A stretch of DNA of 63,671 nucleotides, the filler included, from Dimorphilus gyrociliatus (lineage: Eukaryota > Animalia > Annelida): NCBI GenBank assembly GCA_904063045.1. It is 5 parts of 5 records of this genome, joined end to end, with 100 filler letters (N's around TTAATTAATTAA, not from the genome) between each part and the next. Parts side by side here need not be neighbours in the genome. Positions count along the whole stretch, not along the records: positions 47,521 to 57,795 come from CAJFCJ010000177.1; positions 57,896 to 63,671 come from CAJFCJ010000063.1; 3 more parts are not named here. One strand, written 5' to 3'. The position numbers and the translations under genes were made by a program. The notes below the pieces were generated by a model that searched no databases, was not told the DNA's origin, and was given only the letters and a program-made list of their open reading frames with translations. Below are positions 47,922-60,854 of this stretch, piece by piece. Positions within the stretch are counted from its first letter, which is position 1, and the number at the start of each line of letters is the position of its first letter.

Positions 47922-49557
47922 ATGGCAACAACCTCTCAAACCGGTGTTTGCAAAATACACCAAAAGGAGGAGTCACTCTATTGTCCAATACATAATGCTG
48001 AAAATATATGCTCTTTATGTTGGAGAGAAAATCATGCCGATTGTAAAAAGTCTTTAATGCTTGAACTTGAAAAGGAGAGAAACAAATTGAAAGTTTTTGA
48101 AAAGGAAGAAGAAACAAATAAAATTGCTGTCTTAAAAAAAATTTCCACTTATGAAGAGAAAGAGTTCAAGCTTTTAAAGGAAAAATTTCAAACTATAAAA
48201 AAAATATTCGTTGATGAAGTTGACGAGAGAGTAAATTTTTTAAAATCCTCCACTGATGCCAAACTATTAGACGATGTTCTAAAAACAAACCAAATATAGA
48301 AATTTCTAGTGAAGTTACAGTGAATTACAAATCACAAAATTTTAATTTTCAATCAATTGCTAAAACGTCAAACTCTATGAGAAATCATTCAAAAATTAAA
48401 ACAAATGCAGTTGCGTTAATTGACAAGAACAAAATCAAGAAATGTATAAAATTTTCAATGCAAAAGATAAGTGACGAAGAGCTAAAGATTATTGATAGAA
48501 CACTATCGCTAGAAGATCAAATGAATGCAATCTACCTGTACAATTGTTATTTGAATATAGAAGACTGCGAAAGGATTGGAAATGTATTGAGAAACTACTC
48601 AAATATATATGGCATTATTTTAATACGTAACACGGAAATGGGCTATGGTTTAGAGATATTGTTTCAAGGACTTGAACAATCGTTAAATATTTTAACAACA
48701 ATAGAAATTACTAATTGTAATTTGAATGAAGAACAATTTAGAAAGATTGGAAATCTGCTGAAAAAGTGTCATAGAATAGATATTTTCAAATTATTTGGGA
48801 GTAATATTAAAAAAAATTGAATATTTGTAATGGACTTTTACAATCGTACAAGAGATTAAGAGTGATAATTCTTGGAATTTGTGATTTAGATTTTGAACAA
48901 TGCAAAAAGATGGGAGACTTATTCAATAGATGTTCAAACATTGAAGAAGTAAACATAACTGGTAGTTCATATATTGAATATGGTTTTGAACGTATTTGCA
49001 GAGAACTCATTCCATCTTCCAATGTATTAAAAATAATTGAATTTCGTAATTGTAATTTACACCCTGAACATTGTTTAGAAATAGAAAAGCTGTTGAAATG
49101 CTGCTCTAAACTGCAAAAGATAAATTTGTGCAGAAATAGAAATATTGGCAATGGACTAGAATATATTTGCCAAGGATTTTTTCAATCATCCAATACGTTG
49201 AAAACCATTAATTTTACAGATTGTAATTTAGGTGAAGAAACAGCTGAAAAAATAGGAAAACTTTTGAAATGTTGTTCTCAGTTAGAAAATATTATTCTAA
49301 GCCTAAATCCAAATATAGGAAATGGGTTAATGAGTATTTGTGAAAATCTTTATCAATCTTCAAAATCTCTAAAAGAAATCTATCTTTTAGATTGCAATTT
49401 ACACGAAAATGTTTGCTTAAAGTTGGGAGATCTTTTGAAATGTTGTTCCCAAATTGAAATAATTTATATACAAGAGAATATAAATATGGGAAGTGGATTA
49501 TCTGATATTTGCGAAGGACTTTTGTATTCATCAAATAGTTTAAGAAAAATAAGCTTT
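47922..49557 (+). CDS. B-box, coiled-coil, RI-like LRR protein (two 1-nt frameshifts; 3' end replaced at 49551-49557)
   Basis: B-box2 CKIH-x7-CPIH-x5-CSLC-x4-H; charged helical 47990-48290; alternating 28/29-aa LRRs; frameshifts near 48290 and 48812 (A8 run). Confidence 0.85.
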
Positions 49558-50050
49558 CCAATACAAATGCACAAAAATTCATCAATACAACATTTATCAA
49601 AATATAGGCCTTTTAAACTGGTTGAAGATTTTACAAGCCCTTTACAAATTAAAGATAATCCCTGCCTTCCCACATTTCTATTACAATTTAAATATACTTT
49701 CTCAATTGCTGAACATTTTAGTAATAAATTCCCGAGAGAAATGCTGCATTTTTCATCTAAATTACAGTCCGCAAAATCGAGAATCTTTAAAGTAGCAGAC
49801 GAAGTTTCAAGTCCTCTACAGATAGATATAATTGCATCCGCAAGATCTTTATTAGATTTCAATTGACATGCCAGCAATTGAGTACAATTCACCAGCAACT
49901 GTGCCAAGGATAATCCCATTTTTTCCTTTAAATTACACTGTTCTAGGTAAAGAAATTTCAGCTGTCCTGTTGGGACAGCATTTTTGGGTTGCAATCAATT
50001 TATTTGCTTACTATAACGTTTTTGGTATAGATTTCGTATTAGCGAAAAAA
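49551..50050 (-). pseudogene. Inverted fragment of another RI-like LRR paralogue
   Basis: LKFLYLEQCNL..LKILDFADCNL..IEKVYLNCN..LKGLYFDKCCI..IGKL, meeting the plus-strand gene head-on. Confidence 0.85.
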
Positions 50051-50459
50051 TATGCCATGATGTCTAGCCCATTTCGCGTTGAACTGACCAAATGAAAATC
50101 CATATTTAATATATAACTCATGAAAATATAGTTTATGTGGCAGAATAACAAGCACTACTACAATTTACTGATTTTATTCACTTTTATGCACTAAGGGAGG
50201 TGTTGAAGGTCAATATGTTATCCTCAGATTCAATGGCTTATCCAGTGTTCACTTTTATATTGGTGAAGTTGTTGAAGTTTTTGGCAGTTATTTAAGACAG
50301 TCTGATCAGCAAAATACTAATTTATTCAAAAAAATTCATGAATGTTTACTGAGTATGATATTTAAATGCACATTTAATATGTAAACATTTAAGATTTGTC
50401 TTCTAAACTCAGAGCTATCAGTTTGTCTGGACTGTGAAAAAAGGCAGTTTTTTCTGCAG

Positions 50460-50870
50460 ATGAAAAGAATGAAATATGATGATAATCATATTATTGACAG
50501 GGAAATTATGCAGATTGATGAACACCAAGATATTGACATTAATGGTGGAAATAAACATCAAGATGTAAAAGAAAGTCATATTAATGAAAGAAGTCATAAT
50601 CAAGATACTGAAGAGCTTGCTAATTTTGGTAGAAATGAAGATCAAGACCTGGAAGAAAGTAATATGACTGAAAGGATTGATGAATTTTATATATTAAAGG
50701 GTGAAAGTCAGCTTGGCAGAGATTTATTAATTAATAATGAGTTTTCCTTCACTCTGAAAAGAAAAAATTCAAAAAGTAGCATATGGGTATGCAGTGTCAG
50801 AACTAATAAGAAGATGTCCAGCAAGAATTCATCAACAAAGCAGTATCTTTGTTAACAGCATAATTATGAA
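50460..50870 (+). mobile_element. MULE N-terminal (FLYWCH-like) fragment
   Basis: ILKGESQLGRDLLINNEFSFTLKRKNSKSSIWVCSVRTNK parallels ILKGMSQKGKDLLLFNNFCY..FWICSVRNK near 44260. Confidence 0.75.
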
Positions 50871-51427
50871 GGAAAAATATTTAGACATCAGAGAAAAAGA
50901 TATGTGGAAAGTGAAAAAAAAAAATTTGACATTTGGGATGAATACAAACTGGGGAAAATATTAGCAGATGAATTATTACTACAAACATCTCATATCTATG
51001 CTCATTACATTCATCCTCAAATTTAATTATAAATGTTTCAAAAGAAACCTTCTTAAAAAAGTAATTAGCTGCTTCCTTAAAAGATCTCTTCAACAAAAAT
51101 AAACGTAATTTCTAAGTACTCATCTGTCTGATTAAAAAAATCCATGCATCTATCAAGAACACCCTCATTGAAAAATAACTTTCTAATTGAATCTTCAGTA
51201 TCTATAACTCTTTCTGCAATAGAATTGATAGTTCCTGCATCAACATTTATCCATTTAAACATTTAAAAAAGGGAATTATAAACAGGAAATAGTTCCTTAA
51301 CAAAATGGACGACCTGTCATTACATTATTTTCTTTATCAGAATAATGAAGAAAACTTATTGACATTTCTATTTTACATCCAATAAATCAAAATTTCTGTT
51401 GTTGTTTAATCCTGTAGATAGTTTCTA

Positions 51428-51467
51428 TTGTGGAAGTTTTCTCTTGGGGACATTTTCTCCTTGACCC
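51428..51467. repeat. Orphan MULE-type terminus
   Basis: GGAAGTTTTCTC..GGACATTTTCTCCTTGACCC resembles GGACGTTTTCTCCTACCC at 45973. Confidence 0.55.
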
Positions 51468-51627
51468 ATACAAAAGAACACGATCATCAGCAAGTTAGCT
51501 GAAAAATCATGATATGGAAATTATAAATGTTTTGATGTCAGCTCCATAAAAGGTATTAGAATACAGATTTTCCATGACAAACAAGAAAATATTACCATAT
51601 TTGGAGTGTTGAAAGATGACTATTATA

Positions 51628-52015
51628 AAGTGGACGACAGGTATGTTGGAACACCTGAAATTTTTATAGGCCAAATATTATGTGTACCAAATCCCTTATA
51701 TCTCTTGACTCCAAACCATAATTAAAAAAATACAATATAAATATGTACAGTAATTTTGAATATTCAATAACTAATTAACTTAACTTAAAACAGGAAAAAA
51801 GCTGAAAAATTTTTTGTTTGAGATGTCTATTTGAATGTCAAACCGGATGTCAACTCAATGTTCCAATAAACATGTTGCACGGCCAAATAAAGAAAAAACT
51901 TATTAAAAATTTTTGCTAATAAACTTCACAAAATATTATCATTTTCTTAAATTTTTTTCAATATTATGTCAATTTAACTCTTTTTCTATATAAATTTAGA
52001 CAAAAAATACTAAGT
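51628..52015. mobile_element. Non-autonomous Tc1 family A derivative (TIR arms only)
   Basis: TA|AAGTGGACGACAGGTATGTTGGAACACC; 51790-52015 is the rc of 60935-61150. Confidence 0.8.
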
Positions 52016-53109
52016 TGCAGAGGACAAACAATTTTAACCGTTAATTAAAAATTGGCCTATCAAAATTTACGGTGTCCATATATACATGTCATCCACTTTA
52101 TGCATGAAATTTATTTCATTATTGATGGTGAAAACTTTCATATTCATACTGAAAAGGTAATTTGGCGAAATGCCAATACTGCGCAATGGATTGATCAATC
52201 ATTTAAGTATAAAGCCAATTATAGACATATTGTTGCATCTAAAGGTTACAAAAAATGTTGATTCTTTCAGGGAAAATACCTTTACTGTAAAGAAATCAAG
52301 AAATCCAACAATTGGCTTTTATACTTTTTATATCACTGACATTCCATCTTAGAAATCATCAGATTGCCTTTTGGGCTGTGCAGTGAATCAATCCTATGAT
52401 TTTTTTCACTCAGTTCAAAGCTCAAAGAAATCTACATTGAGAATTAATAACAAATTGCTTTCCAGTGAAATTGTATCAAAGGGAAAATTAAACTGTTGTC
52501 TTCTTGATGTCAATGCTGTTCTTTATCCAAAAACAATTGGAAGTTTCATTTCAAGAGTTTAAATATCACTTATATTTTATTTATAATTAAATTATTCTTT
52601 CAAGTCAAAAAATCACAATTAATAACTGTTTTCAATTTTGAAATTACTCAAAGTTAATGAGTATGATAGTACCTGTTTTTGGAGACAATCAATAAAAATT
52701 AGCACTTAGATGTTAAGATTGTAGGTTGGGGTTTGGTCTAACAGTTATGGTTAGGGTCTGCCAATCATCAATGATGACATTTAAATTCCTTAAATCTATG
52801 CTCATTCAATCAATAATTTTATTTCAAATTTGATCAAAATTGGTCAAGTATTTGTTGAGATGGATTATTTTTCAATTCAATACACCACTTTAAAACATTT
52901 GTCATCAAAAATACTAATTTGATATAGAGCTTTGAAATTTGGTAAAGGGTCATTTTGGAGCTATAGTTCATTAAAGTTTAAAACATTTTAGATCAGGTGC
53001 AAACAGTAATAATGGCAATTGTACTGTGTGATTTATGTTGTAACTAAAACAAAATTGATTTTGGCTTTTATCAGTTTTCTTTAGCAAACTTTTAAATTTC
53101 ACACAAAAT

Positions 53110-53380
53110 ATGCATCTCTTCCATGTTCTTTGTTCCTTTGTTGATTGCCAAGTAGCCACCATCTGTTATGGTCAAATAGTCTATTTCCTATGAAATAGAG
53201 TTCTTTCTAAAGTGCGAAAAACTAACTCTACAAAAACTCTAAAGTTGCACCATTATAATTCATATAAAATAGAAGTCTTCCTATAATTCCACTATTATAA
53301 TTCTACAAAATAGAAGTATTTCTAATGTGCCTTTACATCTAAAGTCTAAACATCAATATATCATTGTATCTAAGTGCACA
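53110..53380 (-). repeat. 5' fragment of LTR-1
   Basis: Ends TAAGTGCACA; collinear with 42590-42859. Confidence 0.85.
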
Positions 53381-53396
53381 ATATAAAATATATATA

Positions 53397-53499
53397 CAGC
53401 CCCGATAAAAAGTCTTGGCCAGGGTTGTTCTCAGAGTGGAAAAAGTGAATTATTTAACTAACAGGACTTGCTTAATTATCTTTTTTTTCATCGGGACTG
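53397..53499. mobile_element. 103-bp Tc1/mariner-type MITE
   Basis: TA|CAGCCCCGATAAAAA ... TTTTTCATCGGGACTG|TA. Confidence 0.8.
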
Positions 53500-54369
53500 T
53501 ATATAATGTTTATAAACCATTTCAACATCTTCATATACAAAAACTTTTTTTTTAAATTTTTAAATTTTTTTCTTTTTCTTTTTCAAAGGTTTAAAATTTT
53601 GAATGACACTGAAAATGCCTTGTGTATAAAATACTTCAGAACAACATCTAAATGTATACAAGCCATGTTATAAATAATTGAATAATAATTATTGTTTATT
53701 TTATAATGATAATCTTGATAGATGAATATTAGTTATATGATCAAGAATTTTTTCATTATTGTTTTTGTATTATTAATCCCTAATTAAACTTTTTTGTCTT
53801 TTACAGATTTTTTTGCCCTAAGTTATACAATGAAGAGGTTCTATTTCCTATTAAGATACATGAAAATAAGTTATTTAGTCTCCAATGTAAACAATGAAGC
53901 AGTCTGCAGACAAGCAGAGTTTGTTGTCTATAGTCACACAATGGATTACAATATAAGTGTAACAAAAACAGCAAAAATGTATTTTAAACAATCAAAACTA
54001 AAAACATACAGTCACAGACAAGTATTAATCCACCTCCCTGCATTGAAGTTTTAATCTTGAGGTTTTCCCTCTCTGAATTGAAGTAGTGTCAAAATCATAG
54101 GCCATTTTTTTATAAAAGAGAAGTTATGACTAAAAAACAGAAAGTTTAGTTATTTGAACCATTTTCATTGTTGTACAAGATATAGGGTATAGGCAAAAAA
54201 ATCATTAATCTTACTCTCTTTTCCAAAAAATATTCTTTTTCTTCGTAGTGAAACTGTAATGAATTTCTAATGTTTTCATATATAAAACAAAGCTATTTTG
54301 ATTAGTTAATGTGATAAATTTAGAACATATTTTCAAAAAAAGGTATCACATGAAAATTTTCACCTATGA

Positions 54370-54523
54370 CTGTCCACCTTTTCAAAGTTTTTTGTTCTTT
54401 ACCAATCCATTGTTGCTCCATCTGTTTTGGTAAAAGCATCTCTATCTTATGAAATAGAATTCTTTCTATAGTTCTGTCATTTCAATTCCTAAATATCACT
54501 TTATCACTACTTATATGTGTACA
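54370..54523 (-). repeat. Diverged 5' fragment of LTR-1
   Basis: CCATCTGTT.TGGT.AAAG..TCT..TGAAATAGA..CTTTCTA.AGTT pattern; ends TGTGTACA. Confidence 0.65.
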
Positions 54524-54559
54524 ATTTTAACTTTTTTAGATGTTAAATATGAATTTTTA

Positions 54560-54765
54560 GGATACGACAGAAAACGTCCCCAAATTCATGATTTAACCCT
54601 AACCCTAACCTAGCCCTTGTCTCTCCTTAACCTTTTTGATTGCTCCTAACCCTTAGATGGAACCCCCTAACTATAAATCAAAAGCTACTTTACCCCTCCT
54701 AACCATTTTTCAATCCGAAATGTTGCTTTCAAAAATCTCATTTGGGGATGTTTTCTGTCGGCCCC
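54560..54765. mobile_element. 206-bp MULE-type MITE with 9-bp TSD GAATTTTTA
   Basis: TIRs GGATACGACAGAAAACGTCCCCAAAT and (rc) GGGGCCGACAGAAAACATCCCCAAAT; TSD at 54551-54559 and 54766-54774. Confidence 0.92.
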
Positions 54766-55056
54766 GAATTTTTAGGAACAAATAAAAATAGGACATATAC
54801 CTATTTGAATATGTTTAATATACAATCTGAATATATTATATATTCAAAAACATTTGGAGTTAATCCACCCATATTTAGACATGTTGCAAATTTACAGCAG
54901 TTTTGTGAATTATTATGCAAAAATGTTGGCATGAGTTACCATTTCAAAACATGCTATTTCAAAATAATACAACAAGTTGTATGTATAAATGAGATAAATA
55001 TTAGGCTTACATAAAACTATATATACATATATAACTTTTATATAATTTAGCAACCT

Positions 55057-57795
55057 ATGTGGCATTGTTCAATTAGCCAATTTCAATTCCTTGATTGCCA
55101 ATATAGTGAAGATATAGGAAAAAATATATCAATATTAAAGATTTCATGTGTCAAAGGTGAAAGAAACAATGGTACAAAGATTACAATAATCAGAACTCTT
55201 TGTACTTTTTTTCATGAATATTTCAAGACAACAACTTTAGATTTAAAACCAAGGTATTTTCTATTTTACCATGGAGACAACATTCTCTCTCTAGTATAAG
55301 AGGAAATTTCCTTGTATATTTTAAAGATGAGTGGCACACTGTTCCATTTGTTCACCAATATGAACATGAAATTATTTGTAAAAATTTTGGATTTAACTAT
55401 ACTGATATTGTTTTTAATGAAGAAATTGAAAAGTTTGGAGATAAGAAAGAAACTGAAATTCTATGTAGAATAACTTCAAAAAATCTAACAGATTGTAAAT
55501 TTAGGAAATTATTGTAAAGAATTATTTTTTTTAAATATATCCAAAAACATCAATCAAAAAATAAAATATAAAATAATATTGCTACAGAGGAAATCGTGTT
55601 TATAAATTTGATTTGGTTTGTACAAATATGGAGAAAAAAAATTTGGATTGTTTTGGAAAAAATTATTATGAATATAAATCAATATGTTATTTGTTTAATT
55701 GTGAAAATAGATCAATAACTGTAAATGAAATGGATAAAAGATGTAAATCAATGAATATGACTTTGGTAGATACTCCTAGTTTGAATCCACTTGCCATACT
55801 ACTATTTTTACAGTCATATTTAACTTATATATTTAAAAGGAGTGGAGAATTTATAACAGATTTTAGTATTTATGATGGTAATCACAGTTTACTGAAATAT
55901 TAATCAACAAAACTAAAAATAGATTTTTTTTACTAGTTCTAAAAGAAATTGAATTTAAAGAAAGTAAAATTGATGTTACATCATCAAATATTATATTTTC
56001 AAAAATTCCATTATTCATTTCATCAAACTTGGAAGTATTTTCCATAAAAAGTAACAATTGTAAATAGGCTACAATTTCATTTGTTTGTTCATTAGGAAAA
56101 TAGCATGAGTAACTCTGAAGATGATAGGAATAATGAAGCATCTCTGATGTATTAGACTTGTTAATAATTATAACCAGTTGGGAAATTGTGCTCAATTTTC
56201 TTCAGTATGAGATTAGAGAAAAAAAATTAATTGTACATAAATATTTTCTTAATCAGATTTTATATACAACTTCCTCAAAATCTTACACTGAATATGATTA
56301 TAGTAAGTAATTACTGCATTAATTAAATATCAGCAATTTCAGAAAGAATACACTCTCTTTAGCTTGGCATAAAAGAAGAGTTAGTTGTCAAGAAAACAAA
56401 ACTATTTCATTTGTCAAAAATTTATTTGTATGAAAAATTTTTTTTTATTTACTGAAAGAAAATCAAAAACTTTTAATCTTTTAAATGAAATTAGATACCA
56501 ACAAGATTAACACCAATTCAATGTATTTGATGTATGTAAGCCTATTTCTAGATATTACCAATACAACATGTATTTATGTGAAATTAGTCAAATTTATATC
56601 AATGTTGTATATCAGTGTGATGGCATAAGGGACTGTCCATTTGGAGAAGATGAAAAAGATTGTAAAAATCATATGGAAAATATATTCCATTGTTTCAAAT
56701 CAGATATGGCAATTAGGTATACTTTAGTATGTGATTTTCATCAGGATTGTCCAGATGGATCTGATGAAGAGTTTTGTGGTAAATACATATCTTCATGCTA
56801 ACCCTTATGTTAATCCCTATTTTTCATTCAAGTGAGAATCAGTTGTAACTATGAGACTGAAAGGTTCAATATCAAAAATATGTTTTCTTTCCATAATTGA
56901 CATCCTCTCTCACTGTTTCAGGCAATGCGCAAATAAGGAATGTGTCAATAAAGATCTAATATGTGATTATAATAGAAACTGTTTGGATAAAAGTGATGAA
57001 AATTGTGGCTCAACTTTTGCCATTGATCCAAAATATTCTCAAAGTGATAATAATAATAATAATAACCAATATTAAAAAGATATAAAAAGAAACAAAAACA
57101 ACTACAGATTGTAGAGAGTACACTCAATTTCCATGTTTCAAAAAATGTATTGCTAACTTTCAATATTGCAACTATGAAATTGATTGTGATGGAGGTGAAG
57201 ATGAAAATCCTGACTACTGTTCTTACGAAATTCTTGATGAACTTCAAAGTTCACTTAGATTAAGAATTTGTTATGCAAATTATACATATTTGGGAAAAAC
57301 TCATATAAAACCATATTTTCCTATTTATGAATTTGACGAGTGTCAGTTTGAAGATATTGTTTGTCAGGATGAAGAATTTAAATGTCATAAATACATGTTT
57401 TGTATTCCACTTGACCTAGTTTGTGATGGAGTAAATCACTGTATTTCAAATGATGATGAGTTATTTTGTGATCAATGTAAAAAAAATTTTAAATTGTCCA
57501 ACAACATTTGAAATTTAACCTTATTTTATTAGATGAAGAAAATGTAAAATTCTTGTTTAAATGTAGAATGGGTAAACAGTTTATTCCCCTGAAATTTGTG
57601 TGTGATGGAATAATAAATTGTAAAAATGGCAGTGATGAACTCTCTGCTCAACTAATATATATAAGCCTCATTTCACTCACATTAACTAGATGTGATATTA
57701 AAGTTTTTGAAAATTTAAAAATCACATAACTTTTACTTCAATATTTGGATATTTCTTATAATAACATTAAAAATATACTTAACATAACTTATTGG
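55057..57795 (+). pseudogene. Second GRL101-like gene (SRCR-like, CTLD, LDLa, start of LRR), disrupted, 3'-partial
   Basis: RGNFLVYFKDEWHTV..IICKNFGF (55299-55515); YKSICYLF..MDKRCKSMNMTLV; at least 5 LDLa units (e.g. CDGIRDCPFGEDEKDC); LQYLDISYNNI; multiple stops and frameshifts. Confidence 0.8.
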
Positions 57796-57895
57796 NNNNN
57801 NNNNNNNNNNNNNNNNNNNNNNNNNNNNNNNNNNNNNNNTTAATTAATTAANNNNNNNNNNNNNNNNNNNNNNNNNNNNNNNNNNNNNNNNNNNN
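57796..57895. other. Artificial contig spacer
   Basis: 44 N + TTAATTAATTAA + 44 N. Confidence 0.99.
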
Positions 57896-58842
57896 GTTGT
57901 ATCCCCTGTTAAGGTGTAGTTCCCAATTTCCCTCAAGGGTTTAGGCTAGGGTGAAGGATTCTTTATGAATTTGAACTACATAGACAATACAGACATTTTA
58001 ATTTCACATTTCAATTGTCTAGTCTCCAGAATTTTATGCTTTGAATTTTCATTCCATTCAATTGTATCTTTATCTCCAAAAAACAATATCATTTAAAGAT
58101 ACTGTAATCATATCTGAGTAGGCCAAAAATCTTTATAATCACTTTACGCAAATGCAGCAATATATATGTAATCTTGTGAAGTTGACATTTCTATTTCAAT
58201 ACCAAAGGATGTAGGAAGACTTACTGGGAATTTTTAAAAATTATAATATAACTTTTGTAATGATAAGAATAACATTTTGTATTTCTAATAGTTTTTCAAC
58301 AAAGGGTCTACAATTTTGAAGAGATAGTGTTGAGCTAGAACTAGTTCAGTTGTTGACATTATTAAATCCTTTTTTGAGATTTTAGATCAAAGTTTTCAAG
58401 TATCATTACTTAACATATTTGTGTGTTTTTTCCAAAATATTACTTTTAAAAATGGGATACAATTTCTATGACACATTCTTTTAATATCTCAATTATGCAA
58501 AAATATCCACATGGACCAAATTCCAACCGTTTTCTATTATATTCATATAATATCAAACATGCTGACACCTTAGTCTGTTATACACAAAATCAATAATTCA
58601 CCAAGGAGATATATGCTTTCACAACAAATGTTCAGTACTGTTTTGGTGGCACAGCAACACAGCTTACCTCTTTTAACAAAAATTTCTAGTTTTCCAAAAA
58701 ATGTATGCAGTATTTGAAAAATTTCATCTGTAAAAAAATTTTGTATAATTTCTATTATCCACTGAGAATTTGTCTTGTGTAGGTTTATATATAAATAAGT
58801 TTTATATAATGGCATAGTATAATATATAACAGAAGTCATACA

Positions 58843-59165
58843 GTGATATGCAATGCCCTCTTATCTTTCTTTCAGACTTTAAAAAAGACTCACCTTAATA
58901 ATTTGGATTTAAAGGATAAACAAGTAGAAAATTTAGGAAGAGCACTAAAATCACTTGAAGACATAAATTGGTCTAATTAAATGAAACTATGGGAATTGGC
59001 TTCCAAATTATTTGGAAAGGTCTCAAATCTTCTTCAAACTGTTTAAAAAGAATGAACTTTCAGTCCTGTTTACTTAATTATGAACAAGTCAAATATTTAA
59101 GAAAAGTTTTTAAAACTGCATAATACTGGAAGATTCAAAAATCTGTAATAATGAAATTTCAGCAT
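58843..59165 (+). pseudogene. RI-like LRR pseudogene fragment
   Basis: LEDINWSN*/ETMGIGFQIIWKGLKSSSNCLKRMNFQSCLL matches MRIGFQMICEGLESSSITLKK of 9759-11417. Confidence 0.75.
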
Positions 59166-59559
59166 TCATGCTTGATGATTCCCAGACAGTTGACCCTAAT
59201 CAGGACAGTTGATTCCATGACAATTATTGATTTTAAGGTCTATTATTATAATTTACATGGTACAAAAAATTGCATGCAAGTTATGAGTAATTCTTTGAAT
59301 TGAGTTATATTGTAGTTTTAACAGTGGATTACATTGCTTAACAAAAGTAAGATTTACTTCCATGTCCATTATCACTCAATTTGGGGGTTGACATAAAACA
59401 TCCATGAAAAAATATATACAGAGGTATATATATGTTATATTTTTGGTTAGATACTCTGGATTTGAAGTTGAATATGGACTGAAAGATATATATTTAAAAA
59501 GAAAAACAAACACTAAATATTATACTAAAGAACAAGATTGTTTAATAAATAATATTTAT

Positions 59560-60470
59560 GATGGAGAGTAGATATGAGATGTCTGCATTAATAAATCAAT
59601 GGATGTCAATTTGTTTAATTTGAAATCATCCATCACACAACTCAAAAATTATTTTGTTTCCATAATTTATTTTCCATCCAATGTGTTTTGAAGTATTCTA
59701 AGAGATCCAAGAACTTATTTTTTTCAAAAACCTCTGTCTTTAAGCTGTCAAATGTTGGTTGAATAATATGTAGTGGCAAAAAATGGAGTTCCACCAATTT
59801 TTGGAAATCTTTCCAGTCATCTCCTTTTTCTTTATATTTCTTCACATAGCCAAGAGCCTTTTCAATAATTCAAGTTACTCAATGTCCAATATGTTTTATA
59901 TGAATATAACTTAGCTGTTTTTTCCTATATACTGCTTGTGTGAAATGAAACACACAACTTTGATACTCAGTATTGGAGTATATTTTTAATAATGCTTTTC
60001 ATAGTCCTTTTTCAAAGTCCATTGTAATTCTTTTGGGGTGCTCATCATTTATCAGACTGTTCATATGCTGCAAACACAATTATATCTCATCAACATTCTT
60101 GTAGAGAAAAGAAGAAATAATTCACCTGAAATGCTTATGCATATGTTTTGGTATACTTTGAACTTAAGAAAATGAAAACAAGCAGTACTTCTTTCATATC
60201 ACCACTCTTTTTAACAAAAGAATGAACAGTGTGACAAGCTGATAAAATAGTTCTTTAACATTTTTAAAAGTACTATCAATATACCAATAGTTGGATTTTG
60301 ATAAAAAGTTCAGCTGGTGGTTTGTTGCTAAGATTAAAATTTGTTCTCCATGTTCACAAATATCTTCAAAGGCAGCATTTCAAATGTTTTTGCCTTCCAT
60401 AAATTTTTGAATCACAATTGTTATATTTTCAAGCCATGTTATGAAATCAGAACAAATTCACTTGATTATT
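59560..60470 (-). mobile_element. Decayed MULE transposase
   Basis: EQILILATNHQLNFLSKSNYWYIDSTFKNVKELFYQL; MDFEKD; LPLHIIQPTF..LLEYFKTHW. Confidence 0.85.
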
Positions 60471-60822
60471 AAAAATAATTGTCAGACATCAATTTGTCCT
60501 TTCCAAATATTCAAAATGGCTGAAATTTTATTTATGACAAGTATTGAAATAATTTACTATTAAAGAAAACACATTAAACTAAAATATTCCATATCAAAAA
60601 TCTGCTGAAAAGTATTTACAAATTTACCTCTGTAAATATACTAAGAAGCACTTTGTCCAAAATTTATTCAGGAAATATAACTTACTATTTGAAGTATATG
60701 CTTCCAAAGTAAAAATTTTTTCCTACCACTTCCACTTTTGAAATGGTTGCCACTTTACTTTTCAACAACATTTTTTTTTTATTAATTCACATTGATGAAA
60801 TATTTATACTTTTTCAAATCAT

Positions 60823-60850
<28 letters not shown>
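60823..60850. repeat. (TA)14 microsatellite
   Basis: Direct reading. Confidence 0.95.

Positions 60851-60854
<4 letters not shown>

Noticed and set aside
41331-47922. Linkage of the DNase (contig 3) with the B-box-LRR gene (contig 4)
   Set aside because: They are separated by an artificial spacer.
49558-49866. Novel C-terminal domain of the B-box-LRR protein
   Set aside because: It is the antisense of the inverted LRR fragment.
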